From Podarcis gaigeae (taxonomy: Eukaryota), in NCBI GenBank assembly GCA_964106915.2, contig OZ066917.1: a DNA stretch of 64,000 bases. One strand, 5' to 3'. Numbering within the stretch: position 1 is the stretch's first letter; every line of letters starts with the position of its first letter. Of the stretch, positions 36,101-50,100 are shown in pieces. The translations under genes and the position numbers were made by a program. Under the pieces are notes generated by a model, which was not told the DNA's origin, did not search any database, and saw nothing but the letters and a program-made list of their open reading frames with translations.

Positions 36101-39100
36101 AATGATACTTAGGTAAGGCCTTTTATTTTATGACTACAGTGTTTTCTATGTTTAGTATCCGATTCTGCTTCTCTTATACATACATTTCTCCACAGGTTGT
36201 TGCAAATTTCATCGTTTAATGGAAAAATGAATGCACTAAATGAAGTTAACAAGGTGATATCTAGTGTGTCATATTACACTCATCGGCATGGCAATCCTGA
36301 AGAGGAGGAATGGCTTACAGCAGAAAGAATGGCAGTAAGTTCTTTGAATTATATCATTGTATATGTTCAAAGCATTTGTCTGCCTTTCTTTCCAGGAGAT
36401 GTTTTCCTTAACTTTGATTTTGATTTTATTATTTTACCTTGTTTTGTTGTCTATGGACACAAAGTAGCTTATGAGATTAAAAACAACAGGACATTAAAAT
36501 GTAAGTAACAAACAATCAAAATAAAAACATACACTATTTGATAAAACCAAACTCAAAATGACCCAGTATATGGTAAAAATTCAAGAACCAAAGACTTTGT
36601 GTAACAAAACCATTTCCAGCAAGGTATATAAACCAAGGGTGGGGAACCTGTGACCCTTCAAATATAGTTGGACTTCAACTTTCCTCAGCCGGCATGGGAA
36701 ATGGTCAAGGATTAAGGGAACAGCATCTGGAACACCACAAGTGTGAAAAAGTGAAGGATTCCACATCCTTGGGGCAACTACTGAAAAAGCCATGTCATAA
36801 ATAGCTCAGTGGAGTTAAGACTTCTCTCAGCATACCCTGTGTACTTTCTACTCTATGCTCAAATTTAGTGGGGTTGATAGTGGAAGTTTTAATTTTAATA
36901 CTGCAACATTATGAGTTTGGGGTAGGGAATTTGTGGCCTTCCAGATGTTCTTGGACTCCAACGTCCCATCAGCCTCCAGCCAGTATGACCAATGATCAGG
37001 AGTGGTTGAGAGTTGTAGTCCCACAACATCATGTTAAAGTGGCTGGAGATGGTTAGGACGAGGTGCAGAAATGGAAGGGAAGCACTGGGAAAATGAGAAA
37101 ATGAACAGATATTGTGAGTTGTACTATGGAAGTTGCTCTGTTTGCCTGTTGTTTAACTCAGATAGGTAACCAGGTGTACTCTTAACTCCCATCAACTGCA
37201 GCCAGCATGGCCAATGGCCAGGGGTTGATGGGAATTGTAGTTCAACATCTGGAGGGCCATAGGTTAGCCACCCCTGGTGTAACAAGCATCTCCCTTTTGA
37301 CACTTCTGTGAAATGGCTTTTGATGCTTCTGCCAAATAGCTGGTTCTTGGCATTACTTTTGGTATCTGCTTACATGCCTATATAGTATATTGCGCCTGAA
37401 TAGTGTAAAATGTGGAATTGCCAGTAGATAACATTGCTTATGAATAAGATAAACTCTGGTGGTCAGAGTTGGACCCCCTGTTCCATATTGTTACAAAAAT
37501 AAGTTTGACTTTCATTTTTTGGGCGTGTTTATAATGTGCTGCTTGCTGTCATCTGAAATTTTCTTTACCTTCTTAAATTTAGGAGTGGATTCAACAGAAT
37601 AATATCTTATCGATTGTGTTAAGGGATAGTCTACATCAACCTCAGTATGTAGAAAAATTAGAGAAAATTCTTCGTTTTGTCATCAAAGAAAAGGCCCTCA
37701 CCTTGCAAGACCTTGACAACATTTGGGCTGCACAGGTAGGGACTAAACAACTGTCACCTTGAGTGAGAGCAGTTTATTTTGAACTACTTATCATGCATGA
37801 GTTGGAGTTGCTTATATTTCGTGATACAGATGTTAAAGTATAATTCGTCAGTCTGTCTGCAAATACCATACTTTATTATATTATGTTCTTCTGTGGTGGA
37901 CACAAACCTTTGGTTAGTTAACATATGCTGTGCTACCAAAAGAAGCTAAATGTGGCACAGGAAGCCTGATGAATTATTGGTGTGCTCTTTTTTCTTGGGT
38001 CATCAAATTTAAGAAGTTAATCATTGTAGGTTTTGCCTTTTGATCAACCCCTGTTTCCATTCCATATGGCATAAACACATATAACTGAAACAATTGCATA
38101 TTCTTTGATTTATCCTGCCTTTCCTTTCTCTGTTTTGTGTATGGTAAGCTCCTTGGAGCAGGAATTTATCATTTTGTTGTTCTGTGAAGTGCCATTCACA
38201 CTGAGAATGCCATATAAATATTATTAAGTTAAATGGGTCTAGTAGATTGAGCTGACATTGCGGTCATAGTGCTAATTGCCTGCTTTTTCAAACTTGGCTA
38301 GTTAAGTTCTATTAATGTTTTGGAAGAGGAAGATTTAAGCCTAGTTTTGCTGTTTCTCTAAGTCAGTTGCAATTCTAAAGTGTAAATTAAAAAACCCAAT
38401 TTTTATTAGCTTAAATGTTCAAAAGCAAATGTGCATTAGAAATATGAAGGAGTATCAACTATTGGCTGTACCTTTCTTTGGGAAATGTAATGATGATCTG
38501 TAAACTGATCATCTAGCCTCTTTATATAGAGTATCGATTTTGTAAATAAAAAGCCAAAGGGGTTTTAAAGAATAGGAATTGAAAAAGTCAAGAGAGCAAG
38601 AGATAAGTGCAGTTTAAAGTCTGAGGTATTATATAAGCTATCTTTTCCAACCTGCCATAGAAAAATGAGAACAGGATGAGAACAGTGCTAGTTTTACAAG
38701 AATTGTTCTAAGGTCACTGTAAGTGCAAGTCAATTCCACTTTGTAGGATAACATGTGGGGAAATGGCTGTAATAGAAATTCAAGTCTCAGAAAAATAAAG
38801 ACAATCCTGTCTTTTGTAGAGATAGCAGTAAATGGTGTTAACTCTTTCTTATCAAGGCAGGAAAACATGAAGCCATTGTGAAGAATGTACATGACCTCCT
38901 TGCAAAACTGGCCTGGGATTTCTCTCCTGAACAACTTGACCACCTATTTGATTGTTTCAAGGTAAGCATACATATTAATCTGCTGTTACTAATTGGAACA
39001 AGGGACAGCCTCATTGGTCATCAGTGGGAGTTCCTGGTAATGAAGGAACTTTACTTTTTCTTTAGTGCTTTACTATCACTGAACTTGGGGATAGGCTAAG

Positions 39101-42100
39101 CTTTTCCAGAGTCCTGAGTTTTTTGTACTTCACCAAATTGGAAGGAGCAAATGTTATGTTTCATCATGTGGAAAAGCAGCCTCTCAGTGCTTAGTGTGCA
39201 TGTTTTAGTGGGTGGAAGATGAATTTTCAAAGGATGAAGGGGGTCAAGAAACCGTATTTTCTGTCCAGTCCTCTGGGATGTTTTGGCTTATAGCAAAATT
39301 GAGGGCTGGTGGGAGAATGCAACAAAGGAAGTCTTTGTTTGAGCAGCAGTTTCGCCATCAACCACCAGGTGGTGCCGAAGTCCTATAACGACAGCAGATA
39401 TATGTGCACACAGATATCCCCTTCAAACTCATGACCAATGCTTCTTTTTCACCCTCTCATAATAGTAGAATCCAGGGCCATCCAGCGAAGTTAATGTTGG
39501 AAGATTCTAGATGGGCAAAATGAAGTATTATTTCACTTAAGGCATAAAAACAGTATTCACTCCTAGAAGGTGTAGAGATGACCACCAATTTGGATGATTT
39601 TAAAAGAGGAGTAGGCAAATTCATGGAGGATGAGGCCATCAACAGCTGCTAGCCATGGAGGCTATGTATTGCATCCATTGTTGCAGACAGTACGCTTTTG
39701 AATACCTGTTGCTGGTATTCACAAGTGCAGATTGTGCTCATCTACTGTGTGTGAACTTCCCATAGTCTGTTTGGCCACTTAGAAGTTGATTCTGGTGTTG
39801 ATGGGACTTTGTCCTGATTCAGTAGGGCAATTCTTAACAATCTTGGGTAACAAAGTAAATTTTGCTTGGCTTCTGCTCTTCTGCTGAAGCAGGGCCATGG
39901 ATTTATTTTGAATGGGAGAAGAAGAGGCCTTTCTGTCTGACTTCCTATTACTGTGAAATGCAGTCACTGAACAATTAATATTATTACTGATTACAAATCC
40001 ATTCAAGTGAAGTATTTGAAAATGATCTAAAAATAGCTTAGTTCTTCCATTTTTTGGTAAGCTACTCAGTACTGACATCCTAATTGGTGTTACTGGAAAG
40101 AACAGTAGAATTACTATCATATCTTAATTTGCATTATGACAATATAACTTAATTTTAACACTTTTAGTATTTCAATTCACATACTTTTGATTTTCAGCCC
40201 ACATTAACATATTCTGGTGGTGTCCCTTTATTTTCTAGGCAAGTTGGACAAATGCAAGCAAAAAGCAGCGTGAAAAGCTACTTGAGTTAATTCGTCGTCT
40301 TGCAGAAGATGATAAAGATGGTGTGATGGCGCACAAAGTACTGAACCTTCTATGGAATTTAGCACATAGTGATGATGTTCCAGTTGATATCATGGACCAG
40401 GCTCTCAGTGCCCACATTAAAATCTTAGATTACAGTTGTTCTCAGGTAAATATATGCTGTTTAGTAGTCATTGTCTTTGGGTTGGCTGACATTATGCTTG
40501 CGTGTTCCTACCTTTCTCTCTCCTTAACAGCAACTAGTTTGCTGTTAAATATGAAATGGTGACCTTGCTGTTGAATTCTTTCAGACTAGGACTGCATCTC
40601 TGGTTTAGAGGGGTTATGAAAATCATAGTTTGGCAGTTCAGATGTAACAAGAAATTGTTTTTGGTGATGGAACTTATTGAAATTAGAGCATGTGATGAAG
40701 GGAACTTGTGAACACAAGTTTAATTCATGTATGTCCAATAATCCATAGTCCCATTGGTATTAACACTGGGATTTGATACTATAGTGGCATTAAGGCTGTT
40801 GTATTATTTTCACAAAAATAAAGGAAGAGGGTAGATATCAAAAAGCTTGTTTCAGATGCTACTCCTAACCATAGCTTAGAGCACGGGTGTCAAACACAAG
40901 GCCTGCGGGCCGAATCCGGCCCGCCAGACCTCGTCATGCGGCCCGTGTAGCTGCCGCCAGCCGCCAGCCTTCACCTTTTATTCTCGCTTCTTTTTTTTTT
41001 TAACACAAGAAAGCCGCCTCTTCAGCGCATGCGCGGCAGCCTACAAGCCAGAGAATGTCTGCCCTCTAGCGGCGCTGGCCGTTCTACACAGGAAACCTCC
41101 ACTTTACAGATACAACCAGCCCTTTGAGAGTGACCAAACTGCTGATGCGGCCCCCGATGAATTTGAGTTTGACACCCCTGGCTTAGAGGATTATGAGCAA
41201 GCTGTGGGCTGGCATATGTTCTCCCTCCCTTTCAGCTTCACTTTGTCTTCGTCCCTTTTGATTAGTGTTAACGAGAGCTTGCCATGGTGTCCATATTATT
41301 TATGTATTGAATTTGTACCCAGCCCTACTCTCAAAAGGATACCAGGGCAGCAGACACCAAAGGGATAAAAACAAATGATATTAGATGTTGCAGGGGAGGG
41401 TTGGTCATTGTCCTGTTGTGCTGTGTATGTGATGAAGGAGACCCATATTGGGCTGAAGGTGCCCTCCTTTGCTTCTACCTGTGCTATTTTGAGTTTGTTG
41501 GTTAACTTCTCTAGTAGGCTGTTTTCTAACCTAATGATTCAGTTCCAAAGTATTTAAAACAGGGAGCCAGAAATGGATAAACCACTTTAAAAATACTTAA
41601 TTGTTGCAAGCTAAAATAAAAATATTTGTTTTTTAAGGATCGAGATACACAAAAAATACAATGGATAGATCGTTTTATAGAAGAGCTTCGCACAAATGAT
41701 AAATGGGTCATTCCTGCATTGAAACAAATTAGGGAAATTTGTAGTTTGTTTGGTGAAGCACCACAAAACTTGAGGTGAGACTTTAATATAAACTTTTCAT
41801 TTCTTTAATGTGTTGGGCTAGAAAAGGGTACACAGTTCACATAATCCATTAGTATTGCTGAAATATAATGGGAAATGTTAATACATAATGGATGCAATTC
41901 AATTTGAGATGGTTGCTGATGACCCAGATGGATGGGTTGGGTAACTTTTCTAATCATGTGACGGAGGCAGGAGAGCAAAGAACTCTGGGAGGCAAGCTCA
42001 GTCTCCTCAATTTTCTCTCTCCTGTCTGACGATCAGATTATTTCCCCCTGGTTCTCACTGGTCATTCCTTTCAGTTAAATTGGCTTATGGCATTCGTAAA

Positions 42101-44112
42101 GCTGAAGTCTATAGAAGCCAGAAAATTGGGAGTAACTCACTCCATTGTCTGAAGATGGAACTTGTTTCACACTGAATGCTGAAGACAAGAACTCATGTCT
42201 TTGCTGTTACCTTGGGGTGAGGGCACTGTTGCCCAATCACAATTATACTAAAATACTGAATTTTTTTCAGTGTTTTCTGTGGGAAGCTCTTGTCTTGGGG
42301 TAGGGGGAATAAAGACTTAAAGGGCAATCAGAAGCTTGGCAGTCTGCAGGAGTATGTCAATGCTGTGATTGAGAGAAGTTGAGATACAGAATTCTAATGC
42401 ATTCATTGAAAATAAAAGAGACAGAACTGGGGAGAACTAATTGGTCTGCTCAAGTCCCCGAACCCCTCTCATATCTAAGGGGATTAGGAGCTTTGGGAGG
42501 GAGTGTGCATAGTTTTGCAATATGGTAGCCATTTGGAATGGATTGTTTGAAACTCTCAGTAGCAGGACTTGTAACACTTTGATGTGTGTTTAAACTGCAG
42601 TCAAACTCAGCGAAGCCCCCATGTGTTTTATCGCCATGACTTAATCAATCAACTTCAGCACAATCATGCTCTAGTAACTTTAGTTGCAGAAAATCTTTCA
42701 GCGTATATGGAAAGCATGAGACAGTATGCTAAAGGTGAGTTAAATTTAATTTTGTCTAGAACTACATTATGAGATATATTGCTATTTATTTCCTCCTTAT
42801 ATGCTGAAGGAAGTGGGGAAAGTCACTTTCCGCCTAGATTCTACTTTAGGTATTTTTCCAGACCCAACTGTACATATTTAAGCAAATAATTTGTTGATGG
42901 AGGTGGGGAGGGGCAGAATAATTTTATTGGCAAAGCTGCCAGTTTTGTGTACATTTGTGTCTTTTTACAATAGCTATAAAATGTGCTGTGATTGAAATTT
43001 ATATCTCCCACATTTTGCTTAACTACTTCTGGAAAAGTTAATTTCAACATTTGCTGCAAATATGGTATCTAATATTGGGTACTTTCTGATAATTTTCCAA
43101 AGTAATTTTGTTGTTGGAATGTAAACTTTGCATACACCTTTCAAATAGAAAAGTCATCACTAATATTAAATACTCTTTTAATAGATAAGACTGGATAAGA
43201 AACTTAAAAATGTATGCAATCCTAAGCATTTTCTTGGACATAATGGGACGTCCTTTAGAGAAAAATTTTGCTGTTGGATTAAAAAAATGTATTATAATAT
43301 TTTGTATTAAATTTTCAGAGCATGGAGAATACGATCCACAAACTGTAAGACCTGGGAGTAGATACAGTCATGTGCAAGAAGTCCAAGAACGTCTGAACTT
43401 CCTACGGTTGGTTTTAGTGATACTTGCTTTACTTTGAGTGTAAAAGTAGCAATCTATGCTGTTCAAAAAAGCAAAAAAATGAATGCCCCTTTTTGCTGTT
43501 GAGAACAGCTGATCTACAAAATGAAATTTGTCTTGTGGCTGAATCTATTTCTAGACAAGGTCGCAGTAAGGCACATGGCTAGAAACAAGTTTCTCTTGCA
43601 TGCTCTTTAGTTCCAGGTCTTACCAGCTAGAATGCACAATCCCTTTATTTGTCTCATTTCCATGTCACAGATGAAGACTCACTGGCTGCTTTCATTTATC
43701 CACATACCAGCTCTCTATTGCTCCTAGCGCAAGCACTGAGGGTTTTTATTCTAACTAGTTGAGCTACTGCTTAATTGCTCTGCTGCCCCCAGAAGAATAG
43801 GGGCAGAGAGTGTACTGGTACACTTTTTAGTCTGATACAGCTGATGCAGACATATCCCTTGTTTTATCAAAACATGTTTGAAGGAGGAGGTTTTCTGATG
43901 GTAGGACAGCAATGATATGTGATAACACTAGAAACCTTTCCGTATACAAGGGATTAGAAAGTGGCATGCAGTACTTCGGTCAAGGAAAGAGATGACATGT
44001 GCAAGTTCTAATGTTCTTATGGTTTGAAAATATAGAGAATGAATATTTCTAGCCAAGTGGCCATTCCACAGACAAGGTTCCTTACTTAAGTTTACTCTGA
44101 CATCCCTATACT

Positions 44113-44158
<46 letters not shown>

Positions 44159-47100
44159 CAACCACTTGGCTAAAAGAATAAAGCCTTGAATATAAGGTGA
44201 GATAAGCCCAGAATAATCTACTAAGATCAGAGCACACGTATTCTTAACTATGATGGTGGATGTTTTATTTAACACTTCTGAAGAAGATATAGTTGTAATC
44301 AAAAGCATAACAAAGTATTTCCCCCCTAAATATTCGCAGTAGATAACACCATGAGAGGAATGGTAAATGTTCTGATTATGGCTGATACTACTCATGTTCC
44401 TTCTAGGTGTGAAACGTATCAGTTGGGATTCATGGGGGGAAGATACCTTTATTTATCCATGTGTGACCACTGGATAGAAGAATTGTTCTTTGGACACAGT
44501 AGTTAGGCTCTGTGTGAAATTCGCACCATTTTCTCTATGCAATTTGTACACAATTTTCTTTTCTGCTCTGTTCTTCTTTGGATAGTTATTGAAGCATTTT
44601 TCTGCTTATAGTACTGAGACAGATGCATCTACGGGAAATCAATAGCTGGGATTTTTTTGTAGGACTGAATGATGTTCAATGAAATTGAACCTGCCAACTA
44701 GTCCAAAAAAGTACATAATACCTATTTATCTAGGCTGCTTGGCATGATACAAAGGCAATCTGTTTGCTTAACTCAAATTTTCTTTTATAGTTGGGATTCT
44801 AACATCTTTTACCTGCTTACACATGTCAGCATGTGACTGACATTTGTGTACAGAGTAGTTGTGTGAAATGTCAAGTTTATAATATGCATATTATTTAATC
44901 CGGATACCTTATTTTTCGCTCCATAGGGCACACCGGACCAAAGGGCACACCTAGTGTTTTTTTTGGGGGGAGGGGAATAAAGAAAATTCCCGCAGCACTC
45001 CAAAGGCTTGTGGATAGCTTCCTGAAGCATGCATTCGCTCCATAGGACGCACACACATTTCCCCTTCATTTTTTGAGGGGGAAAAGTGCGTCCTATAGAG
45101 CGAAAAATACGGTAGATTGATCTCTTTTCTGTAATTGAGGAATATTCCAGAATGTATGAATACATTGGAGAACAGTTGAAAACAGCATCAGCTACTGAGT
45201 TTCAAGTGTTAATTCATAGAATTAGAGCGACATTTCTAATTTTAATGACTTCTTGTTTCTCTCTGTTTCATGCTAGATTTTTACTGAAGGATGGTCAACT
45301 ATGGCTCTGTGCTCCTCAGGCAAAACAAATATGGAAGTGTTTAGCTGAAAATGCAGTCTACCTGTGTGATCGTGAAGCCTGTTTTAAATGGTATTCTAAA
45401 CTCATGGGAGATGAACCGGATTTAGACCCTGACATAAATAAAGACTTCTTTGAAAACAATGTTCTTCAGTTGGACCCTTCACTCTTAACAGAAAATGGAA
45501 TGAAATGTTTTGAACGTTTCTTCAAAGCTGTGAACTGTCGAGAAGGGAAGTTAGTTGCAAAGAGACGAGCCTATATGATGGATGACTTGGAGTTAATAGG
45601 GTTAGATTACCTTTGGAGGGTAAGTGTAAAAGTACATCTAACTTATTCAAGTTGTAGTTTATAGTAATTTGACAAAAAAGTTGGTTTGTATGGTTAGGCC
45701 AATAAAATAAAAGTTCTGCAACTGTTATTACATGTGAGTTCTACTCTGTACTCCAGCTACACATTGCCTATTTTGATACGCTGTGATTTGTACAAAGTGC
45801 AAAATCAGCACATGGCTTGGTGAAAAACTCATTTGATGTTGAATATGAGGTTGCCACAGATATTTATTCTTTCTAGTGCTGCTGCAGAAGTCTGCTATGT
45901 CCATGCAGCTACACAATGCTTCCTGAAGTCATCATTATATATGTGGAGTATCAGGTTGCAACTGTGGCTTTGGCAGTTTGTTGCCGTCACACTGTAAAGG
46001 GAGCGCTCTCTCTGTAGGAATGGCAATCAGTGTCAGGAAAGCTGCCAATTATGTAGTTTGCTCTCATTTTCTTCCTCTGTTCAATTAGTCCAGCTGTCTC
46101 TCTACCCAAACTGGCAGAAGTAGTCTTGGGTGTAGGGTTGGAAAATTCCCAGACTTGGTGATTTCAAAATCCATGCTGACTTGGGACATTATGGCTGCCA
46201 TGGCAACCAAGGGGCTGCCTCAGTACAGAATTGACCTGACAAATAATAGGACATAGCCTTGATCTTTTATTTACAAAAGGATGACTGGTAGATGGATTGG
46301 TGTTGTAGGGCAGGGTAGGGAGTATGTTTGCATTACCCTGTTATGGAGCAACCATTTGACTTTAGCCTGCAGGAGTGGAGTACTTAATCAGCAGGTTTGC
46401 CCCTGGACTTGGGGGATTTTCTATTTGGTATTATCTAGTGCTCCTGCCAAGTCCCTGGTCTCACAATGGAAAGTGTCATTGACACAAACACTTTTATGTG
46501 TCCTTTGGTGCTGTGGATCCCAATGGTGCCCTGGTTTTCAAGGGAACTCCAGGGAATATAGCGAGTTTTATAAATGAAAAATGACTTCCATCATGCTGGT
46601 GATGGAAGCTAAGAAAGCTTGCTTCTGTGCCACTATTGCATCCTCAAGTAGCCATCCTGAGGGGTGAATGGGTTGTTGAAATCTAGTCCTAAGGTACAGT
46701 TCTTGGAGATGTGCTTTGACAATGCTGGAAGGCACTTGCAGGGTATGGTTGCTCATATTTGTGCAGAACTTGGTATCACTGTTAATATAGTTCCAGAGGA
46801 GGTGTCCAGAAAACATTGATGATACCCAGCTCAATTTCTCTGTAGCATCCAGCTCAATTTCTCTGTAAAAATGGAATTGGAAGAAGCCTTACAAGCCCTG
46901 GACTGGTGCCTGCACTTGGTGGTGCGTTTATGGCTCTGAATCCTGGCGATACAGAGGTGCTGTGAATGAGCAATTTCCTAGCCTGGATAATTGGTCAATT
47001 GCCTGCTTTGGATGGGTTGTATCCTCCTGAAGGAGCAGGTTCTTAATGTGGGGATGCTGCTGGACCCATCTCTGTCACTAGAAGCCTAGGTGACCTTGGG

Positions 47101-50100
47101 AGCTAGGAGTGCAGTACACCAGCTTCAGTTGGAAAGATAGCCCAACCATTGCAGCCCAGCCACTGTCATCCATATGTTTGTAACCTCCAGATTGGATTAC
47201 TGCAATGCATTCTATTTGGGGCTGCCCTTGAGACTGACCCAGTAACCGCAGCTATGCGGCAGCTGGACTGCTCAATGTGGTGGAATATCATTATATGACA
47301 CCACTGCTGAAAGAATTGCACAGGCTGCCAGTAAGCTACCAGACTAGGTTCCAGGTGCTGGTATTGGTGTACAAATCTCATATCCACTATGGACCAGGGT
47401 ATCTAAAAGATCACCTCATCTCCTACATATCCATTCTGCAGGAGAGAGCATCCTGCCAGGAGGTCTGTTCCACACAATGTAAAAATTGGGCCACCTACAC
47501 TTTGGAAACCTTAACATTGCATATCAGACAGGCACATTCTCCATTATCATTTCAGCACCTTCCAAATACATTCCTTTTTTTCTACAAACCTTCTAAAATC
47601 TTTATCCCAGTTGGTATTTATTTTGTATTTGAATTGATTTTATGTAGGTGCTACTGTTTTAAGTTTGTTATTTATAGTTGTCATTTAAATTTGTTTGTAT
47701 ATATACAGTTGTTTTGTTTTTATATATGTTCTATTGTAAATCACAATTGCTGGTCAAGTAAACCTCTAAATGTTCAGAGCTGGCACTGCTCAATCTTTTA
47801 ATGGGAGGCAACACTAATTTACAGTTAAAACCCCCAATAAGTTATGTTTTACTATTGGCCAGGCTTGTAATGAGATATTGGAAGAACTTGGAGGGCATTT
47901 CTTTGACAGACTGGTACAATAATGTATGGCAAATAGCATTTGGGGGAAAATAGACTAATAAAATAAAATTGGCACAAGGTTTGAACCATAAAATTATTTT
48001 GCAACTGATTGGTACAGCTTTGTTATATATGTGGCTAAAACTGAAAACATCAGACTCCCTTCACATTATAAAACTTTTTGATTGGCATAAATTGTATATT
48101 GCTTTCTATATAAATGGTTGTCTGGGATAGGGCTTATTACGTTCTTTGGATGTTATTTCTGATGTATTGCTTTAACTTCATCTCATGGGCTAGGGTGGGA
48201 AAATTTATGTGTGTATGATGTTGTCATATGTTAGACGAATCTAATGACTTTTTAAAAAATTGTAAATCACTTTGGGATGCCTTATGGAAAATAGTTCATA
48301 AATGAAATAATATTACTGTGTGTTGTATCAAAGCCAAGAATGGGTCATAAGACCATTTGCAGTAGATTTTATATCATATTTTTGTCAAGATTGCACTTAG
48401 AGATTTTATTCTCATAGGCCATAATGCTTAAGTTAAAGTGGTATATGCTTTATATTTCTGCCTTAGGTTGTAATTCAAGGAAGTGATGACATTGCCAGTC
48501 GAGCAATAGATCTACTAAAGGAAATCTATACCAATCTTGGTCCGAGATTGCAAGTAAATCAGGTAAAATTATGAAAAAAACTGTTGTTTTTAAAAAATAG
48601 GTAGCATTTACCATTTTCATTGATGAAAGTCTCCTTCCTTAGTATGCTTTGCTTGAGGACTATTTTACAAAAGTAAATCTTTGAGAACATGCATTTCTTC
48701 TTTAGCTGGGTCTTCATTCAAATAGGAATTCATACTAACTAATGGCTTTTAAGTTGTTAATTGCCATGTATTTTCATCATTCCAAAAATTCTGTTGGCAT
48801 ACTGAAGCCAGTTAAAAATACTAGTGTTGCTGGAATCTTCTGCTCAGGAGTGTCCTCCATGCAAATTACAGATGTAGGATTAGTTTGTCTCTCTTGTGAC
48901 CTTTTATATTGTTTTGTTGAGATATAACTATCTCTTGGCATTTCTGTAGGTAGTAATCCATGAAGACTTCATTCAGTCCTGCTTTGATCGTTTGAAAGCA
49001 TCCTATGATACTTTGTGTGTTTTGGATGGCGATAAAGACAGTATTAATTGTGCAAGGCAAGAAGCGATAAGAATGGTGCGAGTGTTGACCGTTTTAAGAG
49101 AATATATAAATGAATGTGACAGTGATTACCACGAAGAGCGAACAATTCTACCAATGTCAAGGTTTGTGGAAATTTCAAAACTCTGGTGAATTAGGATGCA
49201 ATATTAAGTAATTTTCTGAGTAATTGTGGTGTTAGGATTCTGCTATGCATCTCATATTGTGTAAAAACTTTTAAATAACATAGCCTTTGTAATATATTAG
49301 TACAGTATATTTGTAGAATCATAAATCTTATATTTCTGATTTCTTTGCCACATACATAAAGGCAAAAGATAATCCATTCATTATATGCTGTAGATAACCT
49401 TTTCAGATTTATTCCCCTTTAGTCTAGCAAACAAGTAGAAGAATTATTAAAAAGTAAGCAAAATTTTCTGAATTCCAGTTTTATTGGAGTGTTGTAATCT
49501 TTTGAAAATAAAATAAAACTTAACAAGTAAAGTCAACTATGTCAGCAAAATACCGCTATTGGAACAATTATTAGGTATTGTTCTAATGTGACATTTTGGC
49601 TGGCCTATTAAAGGCATTGCCCCAATATAAATTTAGTTCTATAATTCTCCCTGGCAGTAGTAAACACTTTTAAAGACTTTTGATTGTTTAAAGTGGTATT
49701 ATCTTTATCTTTGTTCTCAGAGCTTTTCGTGGTAAACACATCTCTCTGGTAGTTCGTTTTCCAAATCAAGGCCGGCAAGTGGAAGACTTGGATGTTTGGT
49801 CCCATACAAATGACACAATTGGTTCAGTCAGACGTTGCATTCTCAATCGTATTAAAGCCAACAGTGCACATACAAAAGTAGAATTATTTATTGGAGGCGA
49901 GCTAGTAGATCCAGCAGATGATAGAAAATTAATTGGACAATTAAATCTCAAAGATAAAACAGTAAGTACTGTAAATATCATATATTGATCTTACTTATTT
50001 TTGAATGTTCTCTTTTGAAAGGTAAATGAATGCATAAATATAATTTGAAATAATGGCATGCTTTGTGAGTAGCTATAGTATTAACAGTTTAATATATTCA

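Noticed and set aside
41775-42600. Search for an alternative short in-frame insertion between exons 13 and 14, which I recall from some vertebrate USP9X isoforms
   Set aside because: No convincing AG...GT microexon or in-frame upstream acceptor was found in this intron.
46826-46867. Short tandem duplication CCAGCTCAATTTCTCTGTA x2
   Set aside because: Local slippage duplication inside a decayed L2; no functional signal.
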